A DNA stretch of 64,000 nucleotides, taken from contig CAMPEQ010000007.1 in assembly GCA_946803585.1 (NCBI GenBank), forward strand, positions 30,451 to 94,450, in the 5' to 3' direction. A program made the translations under genes and the position numbers. The DNA comes from an uncultured Actinomycetes bacterium. Its GTDB lineage: Bacteria > Actinomycetota > Actinomycetes > S36-B12 > UBA10799. Of this stretch, positions 12,188 to 19,500 are shown one piece after another. The stretch's first letter is position 1. Each line of letters opens with the position of its first letter. The notes beneath the pieces were generated by a model. That model made no database searches and was not told the DNA's origin. It saw only the letters and a list, made by a program, of their open reading frames with translations.

Positions 12188-13653
12188 GTTCCGAGGATTT
12201 CGTCGAGGACGAAGAGTCAGTTGCGACCTTTGATGTCGATGGAGATCAGGATGATCTCGCTGCGGCAGAGGCTGCAGCCCTCGCCGAGTTCGGTGACGAG
12301 GATGTTGTCGAGGATCTTGCGGTCGTGCCCGAGGAGATGCTTCCGGTCGCGGCAATCGTGGGCCGTCCAAACGTCGGCAAGTCAACCTTGGTCAATCGAA
12401 TCCTTGGCCGACGCGCTGCCGTCGTTGAAGATATTCCTGGCGTCACGCGCGATCGTGTTCGCTACGAGGCGGAGTGGGCCGGAACCAAGTTCTGGTTGGT
12501 CGATACCGGCGGGTGGGACCTGCGCAGTCAGGGCATGGCCTCACAGGTCAGCGAGCAGGCACGACGGGCCGCAATCGACGCCGATGTTGTGGTTCTCGTC
12601 GTCGACGCAACCGTTGGCATTACCGACGGAGATGCCGAAGCCGTCAAAATGTTACGCAAGAGCGGCACCCCGGTGCTCCTTGTCGCGAACAAGGTTGACT
12701 CCGCGCTGCTGGAGAGCGAAGCGGCAGCGCTTTGGTCCCTCGGCGCCGGCGAGCCGATATGCGTGTCCGCTCTTCACGGTCGAGGAAGCGGCGACCTACT
12801 CGAAGCACTGGTCAATACCTTCCCTGAAGAAGGCTCCGGGAAGGCAAGCGAAGAAGGTCCTCCCCGTGTTGCCTTACTCGGACGACCAAACGTCGGCAAG
12901 TCGAGTCTGTTGAACAAGCTGGCCGGCTCCCAGCGCTCAGTCGTTGATTCCGTGGCCGGAACCACCGTGGACCCGGTCGATGAGCTTGTCGAAATTGCTG
13001 GCCAAACCTGGCGCTTCGTGGACACGGCAGGGATCCGGCGCCGGGTTAAGACCGCAAGCGGCCCGGAGTGGTTTGCCAGCCTGCGCACCCAGACGGCGCT
13101 AGAACGTTCCGAAGTGTGCCTGGTGTTGTTCGATGCGAGCGAAGAGCTCAGCGAGCAAGACGTGCGCATTGTGTCCAAAGTGGTGGACTCCGGTCGGGCT
13201 CTAGTGTTGGTCATGAACAAGTGGGACCTCGTTGATGAGGACCGGCGGTACATGCTCGATCGGGAATACGACCGTGATCTACACCATGTGGACTGGGCTC
13301 CGCGAGTGAATATCTCGGCGAATACTGGTCGGCATCTGGACCGTCTTGCGGTGGCACTTGATGCCGCGCTCGATGGCTGGCAGACGCGAGTCTCAACCGG
13401 TCGTCTCAACCAGTTCCTTAAAGAGATCGTCGCGGCACATCCTCATCCGATCCGTGGTGGCAAGCAGCCGCGGATTCTTTTTGGAACTCAAGCCAGCGTC
13501 GCGCCGCCTACTTTTGTTCTCTTTACGACGGGATTTCTCGAGGCAAACTACCGTCGCTTCATCGAGCGACGCCTGCGTGAGGAGTTTGGATTCGAGGGCA
13601 GTCCGGTTCGGGTAGACATGCGAATCCGAGCCAAGCGCAAACGTCGAAAGTAG
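12184..13653 (+). CDS. der: Ribosome-associated GTPase Der (EngA)
   Basis: Two GTPase domains ([17 protein letters not shown] and [17 protein letters not shown]) plus a KH-like C-terminus. Acidic N-terminal extension of ~55 aa. Confidence 0.95.
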   Translation: MSSEDFVEDEESVATFDVDGDQDDLAAAEAAALAEFGDEDVVEDLAVVPEEMLPVAAIVGRPNVGKSTLVNRILGRRAAVVEDIPGVTRDRVRYEAEWAGTKFWLVDTGGWDLRSQGMASQVSEQARRAAIDADVVVLVVDATVGITDGDAEAVKMLRKSGTPVLLVANKVDSALLESEAAALWSLGAGEPICVSALHGRGSGDLLEALVNTFPEEGSGKASEEGPPRVALLGRPNVGKSSLLNKLAGSQRSVVDSVAGTTVDPVDELVEIAGQTWRFVDTAGIRRRVKTASGPEWFASLRTQTALERSEVCLVLFDASEELSEQDVRIVSKVVDSGRALVLVMNKWDLVDEDRRYMLDREYDRDLHHVDWAPRVNISANTGRHLDRLAVALDAALDGWQTRVSTGRLNQFLKEIVAAHPHPIRGGKQPRILFGTQASVAPPTFVLFTTGFLEANYRRFIERRLREEFGFEGSPVRVDMRIRAKRKRRK

Positions 13654-13681
13654 TGGTGCGATACCCTACGGATGCTTGTCG

Positions 13682-13755
<74 letters not shown>

Positions 13756-13771
13756 CAGGTGTTTTAGCAGG

Positions 13772-13820
13772 TGAGAGGCTATTTCCTAATTCGGGAGATG
13801 GCCTCTCATTCTGTTTCTGT
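13772..13820 (+). terminator. Putative intrinsic terminator after der/tRNA-Pro
   Basis: Hairpin TGAGAGGC..TTTCC-taattcg-GGAGA..GCCTCTCA (8 bp, 2x2 internal loop, 5 bp) followed by the T-rich TTCTGTTTCTGT. Confidence 0.45.
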
Positions 13821-14014
13821 CCAAACCCTGTCCAAACACGCAGTAACCGGTGGCGTGAACGGGCCGTCAGATCCCGCCCAGCAGCGGGGCTGTTTCGTGA
13901 TCGATCCTGGCGAGGTGCACACGAACCCGCGAGAAGGGTTACTGCCTTGTGCGTCCCATCAGGGCTTGAGTGAGGCTCTCTCAGTGCCGCGGGCTATACA
14001 AACTGGGCGCGACG

Positions 14015-14605
14015 CTATGGCGAACCTGTGCGCGACCTGACGCCCGCGGGTGGGCTGCTCACCGGGCAACTGCAGCGATTGGCAGGACAAGCACAAGCCG
14101 TCGCCTTCACTAGTTTGAGCTGCGGCGTACCGAGACCGGCTGTTGAGTTTGGAAGCTCGGTCAACGCAGTGTCACACCAGCCGACCAGATTTGGGACATC
14201 GATAGAGTAGGGGGAGTCTGCGCTGTGTGGGGCGATGTTGGAACGAGCGCGCCGCAAAACTGCTTCTGCCCCCGCCGTATTGCCGCGCTTAGCGTGGGTG
14301 ATTGCAACCGCGATCTGTGCGAGTCCCTGCCAAAGGCTACGTTCTGTGGCTGGGGCCGACTTCCAGGCAAACTCGAGTACTTCGTGAGCTTGGAACGGGC
14401 GTCCATGACGCAGTAGGTCCTGCGCAAGGTCAAGAGCCTCTTCGGGTTGGAGGTCGATGACTTCAGGTAGAGGATCGACTCCGACTGCGTCTCGGGCAAG
14501 CGGTCGACCAAGTTCATCTCTTGGCCGGGAGCTGAGTGGACGTCCATTGACGTCTCTGTCACGGTCCACTCGGTAGCTCACTTTCGCTCCTAGTTGTCGC
14601 CCCAT
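14015..14605 (-). CDS. DUF309-domain protein
   Basis: The core FQAHEVLEFAWKSAP...WQGLAQIAVAITHAKRGNTAGA matches the DUF309 signature. The C-terminus is Cys-rich (CACPANRCSCP). Confidence 0.7.
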   Translation of the reverse strand: MGRQLGAKVSYRVDRDRDVNGRPLSSRPRDELGRPLARDAVGVDPLPEVIDLQPEEALDLAQDLLRHGRPFQAHEVLEFAWKSAPATERSLWQGLAQIAVAITHAKRGNTAGAEAVLRRARSNIAPHSADSPYSIDVPNLVGWCDTALTELPNSTAGLGTPQLKLVKATACACPANRCSCPVSSPPAGVRSRTGSP

Positions 14606-14805
14606 TTATTGGGCAGGAAGAGGCTGGCGACGCGATTAATCCATCTCAGGATATGTCAATCTCAGAGGTATCGCAGGTATCGCGCTCGGACGGCATCATC
14701 ACTTGCTGAACCTAATCCGGCGCCTTCCTGGTTGTTGCTGCAACATGCGCCATCCGGCCCTTCGTTGGTGATGACTGGCGGGCGCAAGCGCCCTGCGCGC
14801 TCGAG

Positions 14806-15552
14806 CTATCGATATTCGGGGTTGGGGTAGTCGAATCTGCAGCCTGCGTCCCACTCAGACCTCTGGTTACCGTGAGCGGGCAACCCACCAGAACTCTTGA
14901 GCAGGTTCGCCATATGCATGAGGTTCCAGGTCATGAACGTCGTGTTGCGGTTGGTGAAGTCGTTGTCTAGTCCGCCACCGGGGGAGTCCAGGTAGGACGG
15001 TCCGGGGCCCGCCTCGCCGATCCAACCGGCATCGGCCTGCGGCGGGATCGTGTAGCCGACGTGCTGGAGTGCGTACAGGATTCCCATGGCGCAGTGTTTG
15101 ATCCCGTCTTCGTTTCCGGTCACCAGGCATCCACCGACTTTGCCGTAGAAGGCGTATTGGCCTTCGGTGTTGAGGTTGCCCGATTCTCCGTAGAGGCGCT
15201 CGATCAGTTGGGTGGCGACACTGGACTTTTCTCCGAGCCAGATGGGGGTTCCGACGACCAGAATGTCGGCTTCCTTCACAACCTGGTACATCTGCGGCCA
15301 GTCATCGACGTCCCACCCGTGATCGGTCATGTCCGGGTAGACACCCGTAGCGATCTGGTGGTCAATAGCTCGGTATTCGCTGACCTCAACCCCGTTTGCT
15401 TTCATGATTGCGATTGAGCGATCCATCAGTGCCTGGGTATTCGATACCGACGGCGAACGCTTCAACGTGCAGTTGATGTACACCGCTGTCAAGTTCGAGT
15501 AGTCGCCGGGGAAAGTGCTGCAAAGCTGCTCATCGCGCTCAGAAACGCTCAT
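14806..15552 (-). CDS. Flavodoxin-like NAD(P)H-dependent FMN reductase family protein
   Basis: NCTLKRSPSVSNT...ADILVVGTPIWLGEKSS...GNEDG is typical of the flavodoxin-like fold reductases. ATG 15552 is preceded by GGAGG. The ORF-track start 15714 runs into the DUF427 gene. Confidence 0.8.
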   Translation of the reverse strand: MSVSERDEQLCSTFPGDYSNLTAVYINCTLKRSPSVSNTQALMDRSIAIMKANGVEVSEYRAIDHQIATGVYPDMTDHGWDVDDWPQMYQVVKEADILVVGTPIWLGEKSSVATQLIERLYGESGNLNTEGQYAFYGKVGGCLVTGNEDGIKHCAMGILYALQHVGYTIPPQADAGWIGEAGPGPSYLDSPGGGLDNDFTNRNTTFMTWNLMHMANLLKSSGGLPAHGNQRSEWDAGCRFDYPNPEYR

Positions 15553-15592
15553 TGAAACCTCCAAAATAGGGACTCTCTCCACGACTGGGTCG

Positions 15593-15883
15593 TCATGGCG
15601 ATTGGACGATCTGAATGACCGGTGAGAACGCAACGTGGTCACGAATGCCACGAATCCAGATCGGTGGGTGCGGGTAGAACCAGGCGACGTTCTTGACTTG
15701 TTCGCCGTCAACATTGAGGTGGTAGTAGGACGCGAGACCCTTCCAGTAACAGGGAGTGCGGAGGCGGGATGTTTCCAGCAGATTTTGATTCACCGCGTCA
15801 GGCGGGAAGTAGTGGTTGCCTTCCACAACACGGGTCGCGTCAGCCTCGGCGAGGACTGTGTCATTCCAGACTGCACGGATCAA
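15593..15883 (-). CDS. DUF427-domain protein
   Basis: 96 aa with VVEGNHYFPPDAV...RTPCYWKGLASYYHL...NVAWFYPHP (DUF427 pattern). TTG start with GGAGG 5 nt upstream. Confidence 0.8.
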   Translation of the reverse strand: MIRAVWNDTVLAEADATRVVEGNHYFPPDAVNQNLLETSRLRTPCYWKGLASYYHLNVDGEQVKNVAWFYPHPPIWIRGIRDHVAFSPVIQIVQSP

Positions 15884-15924
15884 GGCGCCTCCATATAGTG
15901 AATGTCAGGTCGGGCTGCTAGTTG

Positions 15925-15953
15925 CGAAACCCAGGTGGGGCGGCGTTCATTCC
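15925..15953 (-). promoter_or_regulatory. Candidate ECF-type promoter (tGGAAT-N18-GTTTCG) in front of the DUF427/FMN-reductase genes
   Basis: On the minus strand, GGAAT sits at 15953-15949 and overlaps the anti-sigma stop codon. An 18-nt spacer separates it from GTTTCG at 15930-15925, 41 nt upstream of the DUF427 TTG. The same motif occurs at three other sites nearby. Confidence 0.5.
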
Positions 15954-16234
15954 ATCTCTTGGGTGAGGTTTCGGCCGAAGTCGACGAGGTCGGCTACGGC
16001 TTGGGAATCTGCTGGTTCACTGAACTGCGTCGCCAGGCTTTCCTTGATTGCCCGGTATGTTTCGGCCTCTAATCCGCAGCGTTTACACGCCTCGAGGTGA
16101 CGCAGCACGCGGGTGTGGGTTTGTTCATCCGTTTGACCGTCTAGGACGGATTGCAGTAGTCGCGTTGCCTCCCGGCAGCTTGCGACATCTTTGTCACCGA
16201 CGAGGCGACGCCACATGGACAGTTGACTAGTCAT
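15947..16234 (-). CDS. Zinc-associated anti-sigma factor (ZAS, RsrA/RshA-like), cytoplasmic
   Basis: 95 aa with no TM segment. HxxxCxxC motif (RHLEACKRCG) plus an upstream Cys (VASCREA). 4-nt overlap with the sigma gene. Confidence 0.8.
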   Translation of the reverse strand: MTSQLSMWRRLVGDKDVASCREATRLLQSVLDGQTDEQTHTRVLRHLEACKRCGLEAETYRAIKESLATQFSEPADSQAVADLVDFGRNLTQEME

Positions 16235-16782
16235 GACGGGATCCCTTCATGGAGTGCGGTCCGTTTGGCCACCACGCGGTCACGAATCTTTCGCCGAGCC
16301 CGGTGAAGTCTGCTCATCACGGTTCCTTCCGGAATCCCTAGGTAGGCGGCAGCCTCGGCGTAGGACAACCCATCAATATCGACGAGGACTATGACCTGGC
16401 GAGAGTCCTCGGATACTTCGGATAAGGCGGCGGCTACGACGTCATCTAGCTCTGTACGCATCACATGGTCCTCGGCTGAGAGTCCTTCGTCGGCATGTCG
16501 TTCGCGGGTAGTGTTTTCGGTTAGGTCAATCGGTTCAGGGCGCCGACGGCGGTGATTGTTGTAGTTGGCGTTGCGCATGATGGTGAGCAGCCACGACCGT
16601 GGGTGTCTCCCATCGAAGGTGTCCAGCGAACGCCACGCACGCAACAGCGTGTCCTGAACAAGGTCGCTAGCGTCAGCCGGTTGCGCCGTTAACGACTGTG
16701 CCACCCGAAGGAGGACCGGGACTTCTGGCAATACATCCCGTTCGAAGACCGCTCGAGCGTCACGTCGTTGAGGTTGTCCCAC
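16231..16782 (-). CDS. ECF (sigma-70 family group 4) RNA polymerase sigma factor
   Basis: 183 aa. Region 2 has DASDLVQDTLLRAWRS. Region 4 has LSYAEAAAYLGIPEGTVMSRLHRARRKIR. GTG start. Confidence 0.9.
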   Translation of the reverse strand: MGQPQRRDARAVFERDVLPEVPVLLRVAQSLTAQPADASDLVQDTLLRAWRSLDTFDGRHPRSWLLTIMRNANYNNHRRRRPEPIDLTENTTRERHADEGLSAEDHVMRTELDDVVAAALSEVSEDSRQVIVLVDIDGLSYAEAAAYLGIPEGTVMSRLHRARRKIRDRVVAKRTALHEGIPS

Positions 16783-16787
16783 CTAGA

Positions 16788-16818
16788 GGAAACCCGGTAG
16801 CCATATGCCCGTATTCCC
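16788..16818 (-). promoter_or_regulatory. Candidate autoregulatory ECF promoter (GGGAAT-N19-GTTTCC) of the sigma gene, probably leaderless
   Basis: On the minus strand, GGGAAT is at 16818-16813 and GTTTCC at 16793-16788. The GTT core ends 8 nt before the GTG start at 16782. Confidence 0.55.
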
Positions 16819-16861
16819 AAACTGAGGATCCCATTTCCGAGGGAGAATTTCTTTCAGAGTT

Positions 16862-16892
16862 GGGAAGGTTCGGCGGCGTCCGGGGGGTTTCC
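16862..16892 (+). promoter_or_regulatory. Candidate ECF promoter (GGGAAG-N19-GTTTCC) for the Met-rich membrane protein / ccdA / tlpA unit
   Basis: On the plus strand, GGGAAG is at 16862-16867 and GTTTCC at 16887-16892, ~50 nt before ATG 16944. It mirrors the motif on the other strand. Confidence 0.55.
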
Positions 16893-16943
16893 AGCCCAGA
16901 ACGACATGACCACCCACGCCAACAAGAGGAGACACACGACAGC

Positions 16944-17411
16944 ATGGCAAACACAACAACAGTCGCACCCAAAACGACATCGACCACAACCGAGACAAGC
17001 ATCGGCCAAGCGGCTATCTACGGCGCGCTCGGCGGCATCGTTGGGGGCATGGTCTTCGGAATGATGATGAGCATGCTCGGCATGATCGAAACGATCGCGA
17101 TGCTCGTGGGCAGCGAAGCGCTCATCGTCGGGTGGGCAGCACATATGGCCATATCCGTCTTTATCGGCGCAACCTTTGGAGTGATTGCAAGGGCTCAGCT
17201 CACCAGTTGGGGAACAGGTATCGGGATTGGCGTTGCCTACGGCATGTTCTGGTGGGTGCTCGGGGCCCTCGTTCTGATGCCAGCAAGACTAGGTATGCCC
17301 GTTTTTCAATTCAACACGATGGCGTGGCAGAGCCTGATGGGGCATATGGTCTTTGGGCTCGTCATGGGTGCGGGCGCTGTAGCACTGGCCCGTCAATCCA
17401 GTAGGAACTAG
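16944..17411 (+). CDS. Methionine-rich small integral membrane protein (about 4 TM), function unknown
   Basis: ATG 16944 is preceded by AAGAGGAG. 155 aa with 16 Met by my count (GMVFGMMMSMLGMIETIAML...). The ORF-track start 16698 lies inside the sigma gene region. Confidence 0.7.
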   Translation: MANTTTVAPKTTSTTTETSIGQAAIYGALGGIVGGMVFGMMMSMLGMIETIAMLVGSEALIVGWAAHMAISVFIGATFGVIARAQLTSWGTGIGIGVAYGMFWWVLGALVLMPARLGMPVFQFNTMAWQSLMGHMVFGLVMGAGAVALARQSSRN

Positions 17412-17431
17412 CTCCTTGCGTCCTTGACCGA

Positions 17432-17483
17432 GAGCAGGTGTGTTGAACCGCTACCCGACGTAGTGGGTTCAACACACCTGCTC
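17432..17483. repeat. Perfect 18-bp inverted repeat (hairpin, 16-nt loop) between the membrane-protein gene and ccdA
   Basis: GAGCAGGTGTGTTGAACC (17432-17449) and GGTTCAACACACCTGCTC (17466-17483). There is no U-tract downstream. Confidence 0.8.
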
Positions 17484-17540
17484 GCTATGACGGTCCGGGA
17501 CCTACTGCTCTGTTACTCAACGTTGCCCGATGGGGAATCG

Positions 17541-18464
17541 ATGGAAATTGCTGTTCTCACAACTGCTCTGACTGCTGGGATGTTGGCCGCCTTCAATCCG
17601 TGCGGTTTCGCGCTACTGCCCGGTTACCTTGCACTATTTCTCAGCGATTCGACGAATCAACGTCCTGGTAGCGCGGTCCGCCGCAGCCTACGGGTGAGTG
17701 CATCCATGACTGCCGGGTTTATTGCCGTCTTCACATTCGTCGGGCTGCTGATCTCGGCGCTGTCTTGGCAGATCACCGCGTACACCCCCTACTTAACCTT
17801 GGCAGTCGGGCCAGTTCTCGTGGTGCTAGGAATGTACCTACTTTCTGGTCGCGATTTGAAGTTCGGGATTCCTCGGATGAAAGGACGCGTTGGGTCCTCG
17901 GCGGCCGGAATGTTCATGTATGGCATGACATACGCGATCGTTTCACTGTCGTGCACATTGCCGATCTTCCTCGTCGCTGTCGTCGGGGCCACGCGGACCT
18001 CGAGCTTCGCAGCCGGACTCTTCACCGTTGTGGTGTACGGCCTGGGCATGGGCCTGGTCATCACCGCGTTGACCTTCGCTGTCGCACTGGCTCGTGACGG
18101 CTTTGTCGCAGGTAGTCGAAGGATGGTCCGCTACGTTAACCGCATTTCCGGTGCCCTCCTCGTGCTGGCAGGTGCCTACCTCGCGTGGTACGGCTTCGCG
18201 GAAGTACAGGTCCTGCGTGGAGACTCCGAGGCAAGCTTGCCTGAGATTGGTGGCCAGATAGCGGCCACCTTCACATCGATAATCGACCAAGAGAACCTGT
18301 TCGTCGTTGTCGCGGGGGCGCTGACCATTATCGGTACCTGCGCAGTCGCCATCATTTTGATTAACCGTCGTAACAGCAAGCAATTACCTTCATCAAATCC
18401 AGACGATCTCGCACCAGAGACTGCGCTGGACGAATCACAAACCTCCCAGTTAGGACAGTCATGA
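17541..18464 (+). CDS. ccdA: Cytochrome c biogenesis protein CcdA / DsbD-family thiol-disulfide transporter
   Basis: Conserved membrane cysteines in AAFNPCGFALLPGYL and VSLSCTLPIF, with a multi-TM profile. I placed the start at ATG 17541, downstream of the hairpin. Confidence 0.85.
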   Translation: MEIAVLTTALTAGMLAAFNPCGFALLPGYLALFLSDSTNQRPGSAVRRSLRVSASMTAGFIAVFTFVGLLISALSWQITAYTPYLTLAVGPVLVVLGMYLLSGRDLKFGIPRMKGRVGSSAAGMFMYGMTYAIVSLSCTLPIFLVAVVGATRTSSFAAGLFTVVVYGLGMGLVITALTFAVALARDGFVAGSRRMVRYVNRISGALLVLAGAYLAWYGFAEVQVLRGDSEASLPEIGGQIAATFTSIIDQENLFVVVAGALTIIGTCAVAIILINRRNSKQLPSSNPDDLAPETALDESQTSQLGQS

Positions 18465-19042
18465 GAATCAGTGCGCGTCAACTTTCGATCACAGCGGCCC
18501 TCACACTTGCCGGAGTGGGACTTGCGGCGTGTGCAGGGGCTACCGATGCCCAGGTGTCGCCTCAGCCGCCGATCCCGACCGTGACCGCGCCCTCGCCGGT
18601 TGCCCCGGCAGCTCCGCAGTCCGCTGTGCCTGCTGCGCAAGCGATCTTGCCTGCTGTCACGGTTCGCGAGGTGAACAGCGGCAATTCTGTTGATCTTGCC
18701 TCGCTCACCGAGGCTGGGACTCCGACGCTGGTCTGGGCGTGGGCGCCTCACTGCCCGTACTGCAACGCCGAGGCACCCAAGTTGCAGAAGTTCGCGAGTG
18801 AAAACGTCGGCAAAATCAACGTTGTCGGTGTCGGAACACAGGATAGCTTTGGCCAGGCCGAAGACTTCGTAGCCAAACATGACCTGACCACGCCCACCAT
18901 GGTGTGGGACGAGAGCTTCGAGTCATGGACGACCATGGGGATTACTTCCATGCCGACGTGGATCCTGATAGGGGCAGACGGAGAACTCGTACTGCGTCAC
19001 TCTGGGCAGTTCCCGGAATCAGACATCGCTTCGCAAATCTAA
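18461..19042 (+). CDS. TlpA/ResA-like thioredoxin-fold lipoprotein (thiol-disulfide oxidoreductase)
   Basis: Lipobox LAGVGLAAC and CxxC active site WAPHCPYC. ATGA overlap with ccdA. Confidence 0.85.
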   Translation: MRISARQLSITAALTLAGVGLAACAGATDAQVSPQPPIPTVTAPSPVAPAAPQSAVPAAQAILPAVTVREVNSGNSVDLASLTEAGTPTLVWAWAPHCPYCNAEAPKLQKFASENVGKINVVGVGTQDSFGQAEDFVAKHDLTTPTMVWDESFESWTTMGITSMPTWILIGADGELVLRHSGQFPESDIASQI

Positions 19043-19098
19043 GCCTAGAACGAGACAGCAGGCATTGGTCGTGCAATCCAACCCAGGTCGCTGCGTGT

Positions 19099-19127
19099 GG
19101 AAGGAATCAGTCAGTCACCGGGTTTCC
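19099..19127 (+). promoter_or_regulatory. Candidate ECF promoter (tGGAAG-N18-GTTTCC) in front of the mycoredoxin gene
   Basis: GGAAG at 19099-19103, an 18-nt spacer, GTTTCC at 19122-19127, ~90 nt upstream of ATG 19219. Confidence 0.5.
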
Positions 19128-19218
19128 CTGGGGAATCGGAATCATATTCCGCCGCTACCCGCGGTATTGAAGACACGCTGCAGAACCTCAACTAGTCCAC
19201 GTCGGAAAGGCGCCACCA

Positions 19219-19473
19219 ATGAACCCTCAGCTCACTGTGTACTCAACGCGATGGTGCGGGTACTGCCTCCGTCTCAAATACCAACTAAAACGAGCGGGCA
19301 TTCCGTACACCGAGATCGACATTAACAAGGACCCTGCTGCTGCCGCCGCGGTTGAACGATTCAACGGAGGTAACCGAACTGTGCCGACGGTGGTTTTGGC
19401 TGATGGCACTGCCCTGACCAACCCGTCGCTGGCCGATCTCCAGCGAGCGCTTTCTTCCGACGCTCGTGGCTGA
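19219..19473 (+). CDS. Mycoredoxin / glutaredoxin-like protein
   Basis: 84 aa. The N-terminal TVYSTRWCGYCLRLK (CGYC) and the RTVPTVVL motif are typical of mycoredoxin-type glutaredoxins. Confidence 0.85.
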   Translation: MNPQLTVYSTRWCGYCLRLKYQLKRAGIPYTEIDINKDPAAAAAVERFNGGNRTVPTVVLADGTALTNPSLADLQRALSSDARG

Positions 19474-19500
19474 GGACATCCGAAATCGGACGGCTCGGTC

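Noticed and set aside
13756-14014. An integrase gene or attR repeat next to tRNA-Pro, which would define a classical genomic island.
   Set aside because: No frame in 13756-14014 gives a recombinase-like translation. I found no second copy of the tRNA 3' end by eye anywhere downstream. The 3' end of the DUF309 gene and a terminator hairpin account for the region.
17424-17540. The N-terminal 39 codons of the ORF-track ccdA model (start 17424).
   Set aside because: These codons are simply the translation of the 18-bp inverted repeat and its loop. CcdA homology and the first TM segment begin at ATG 17541.
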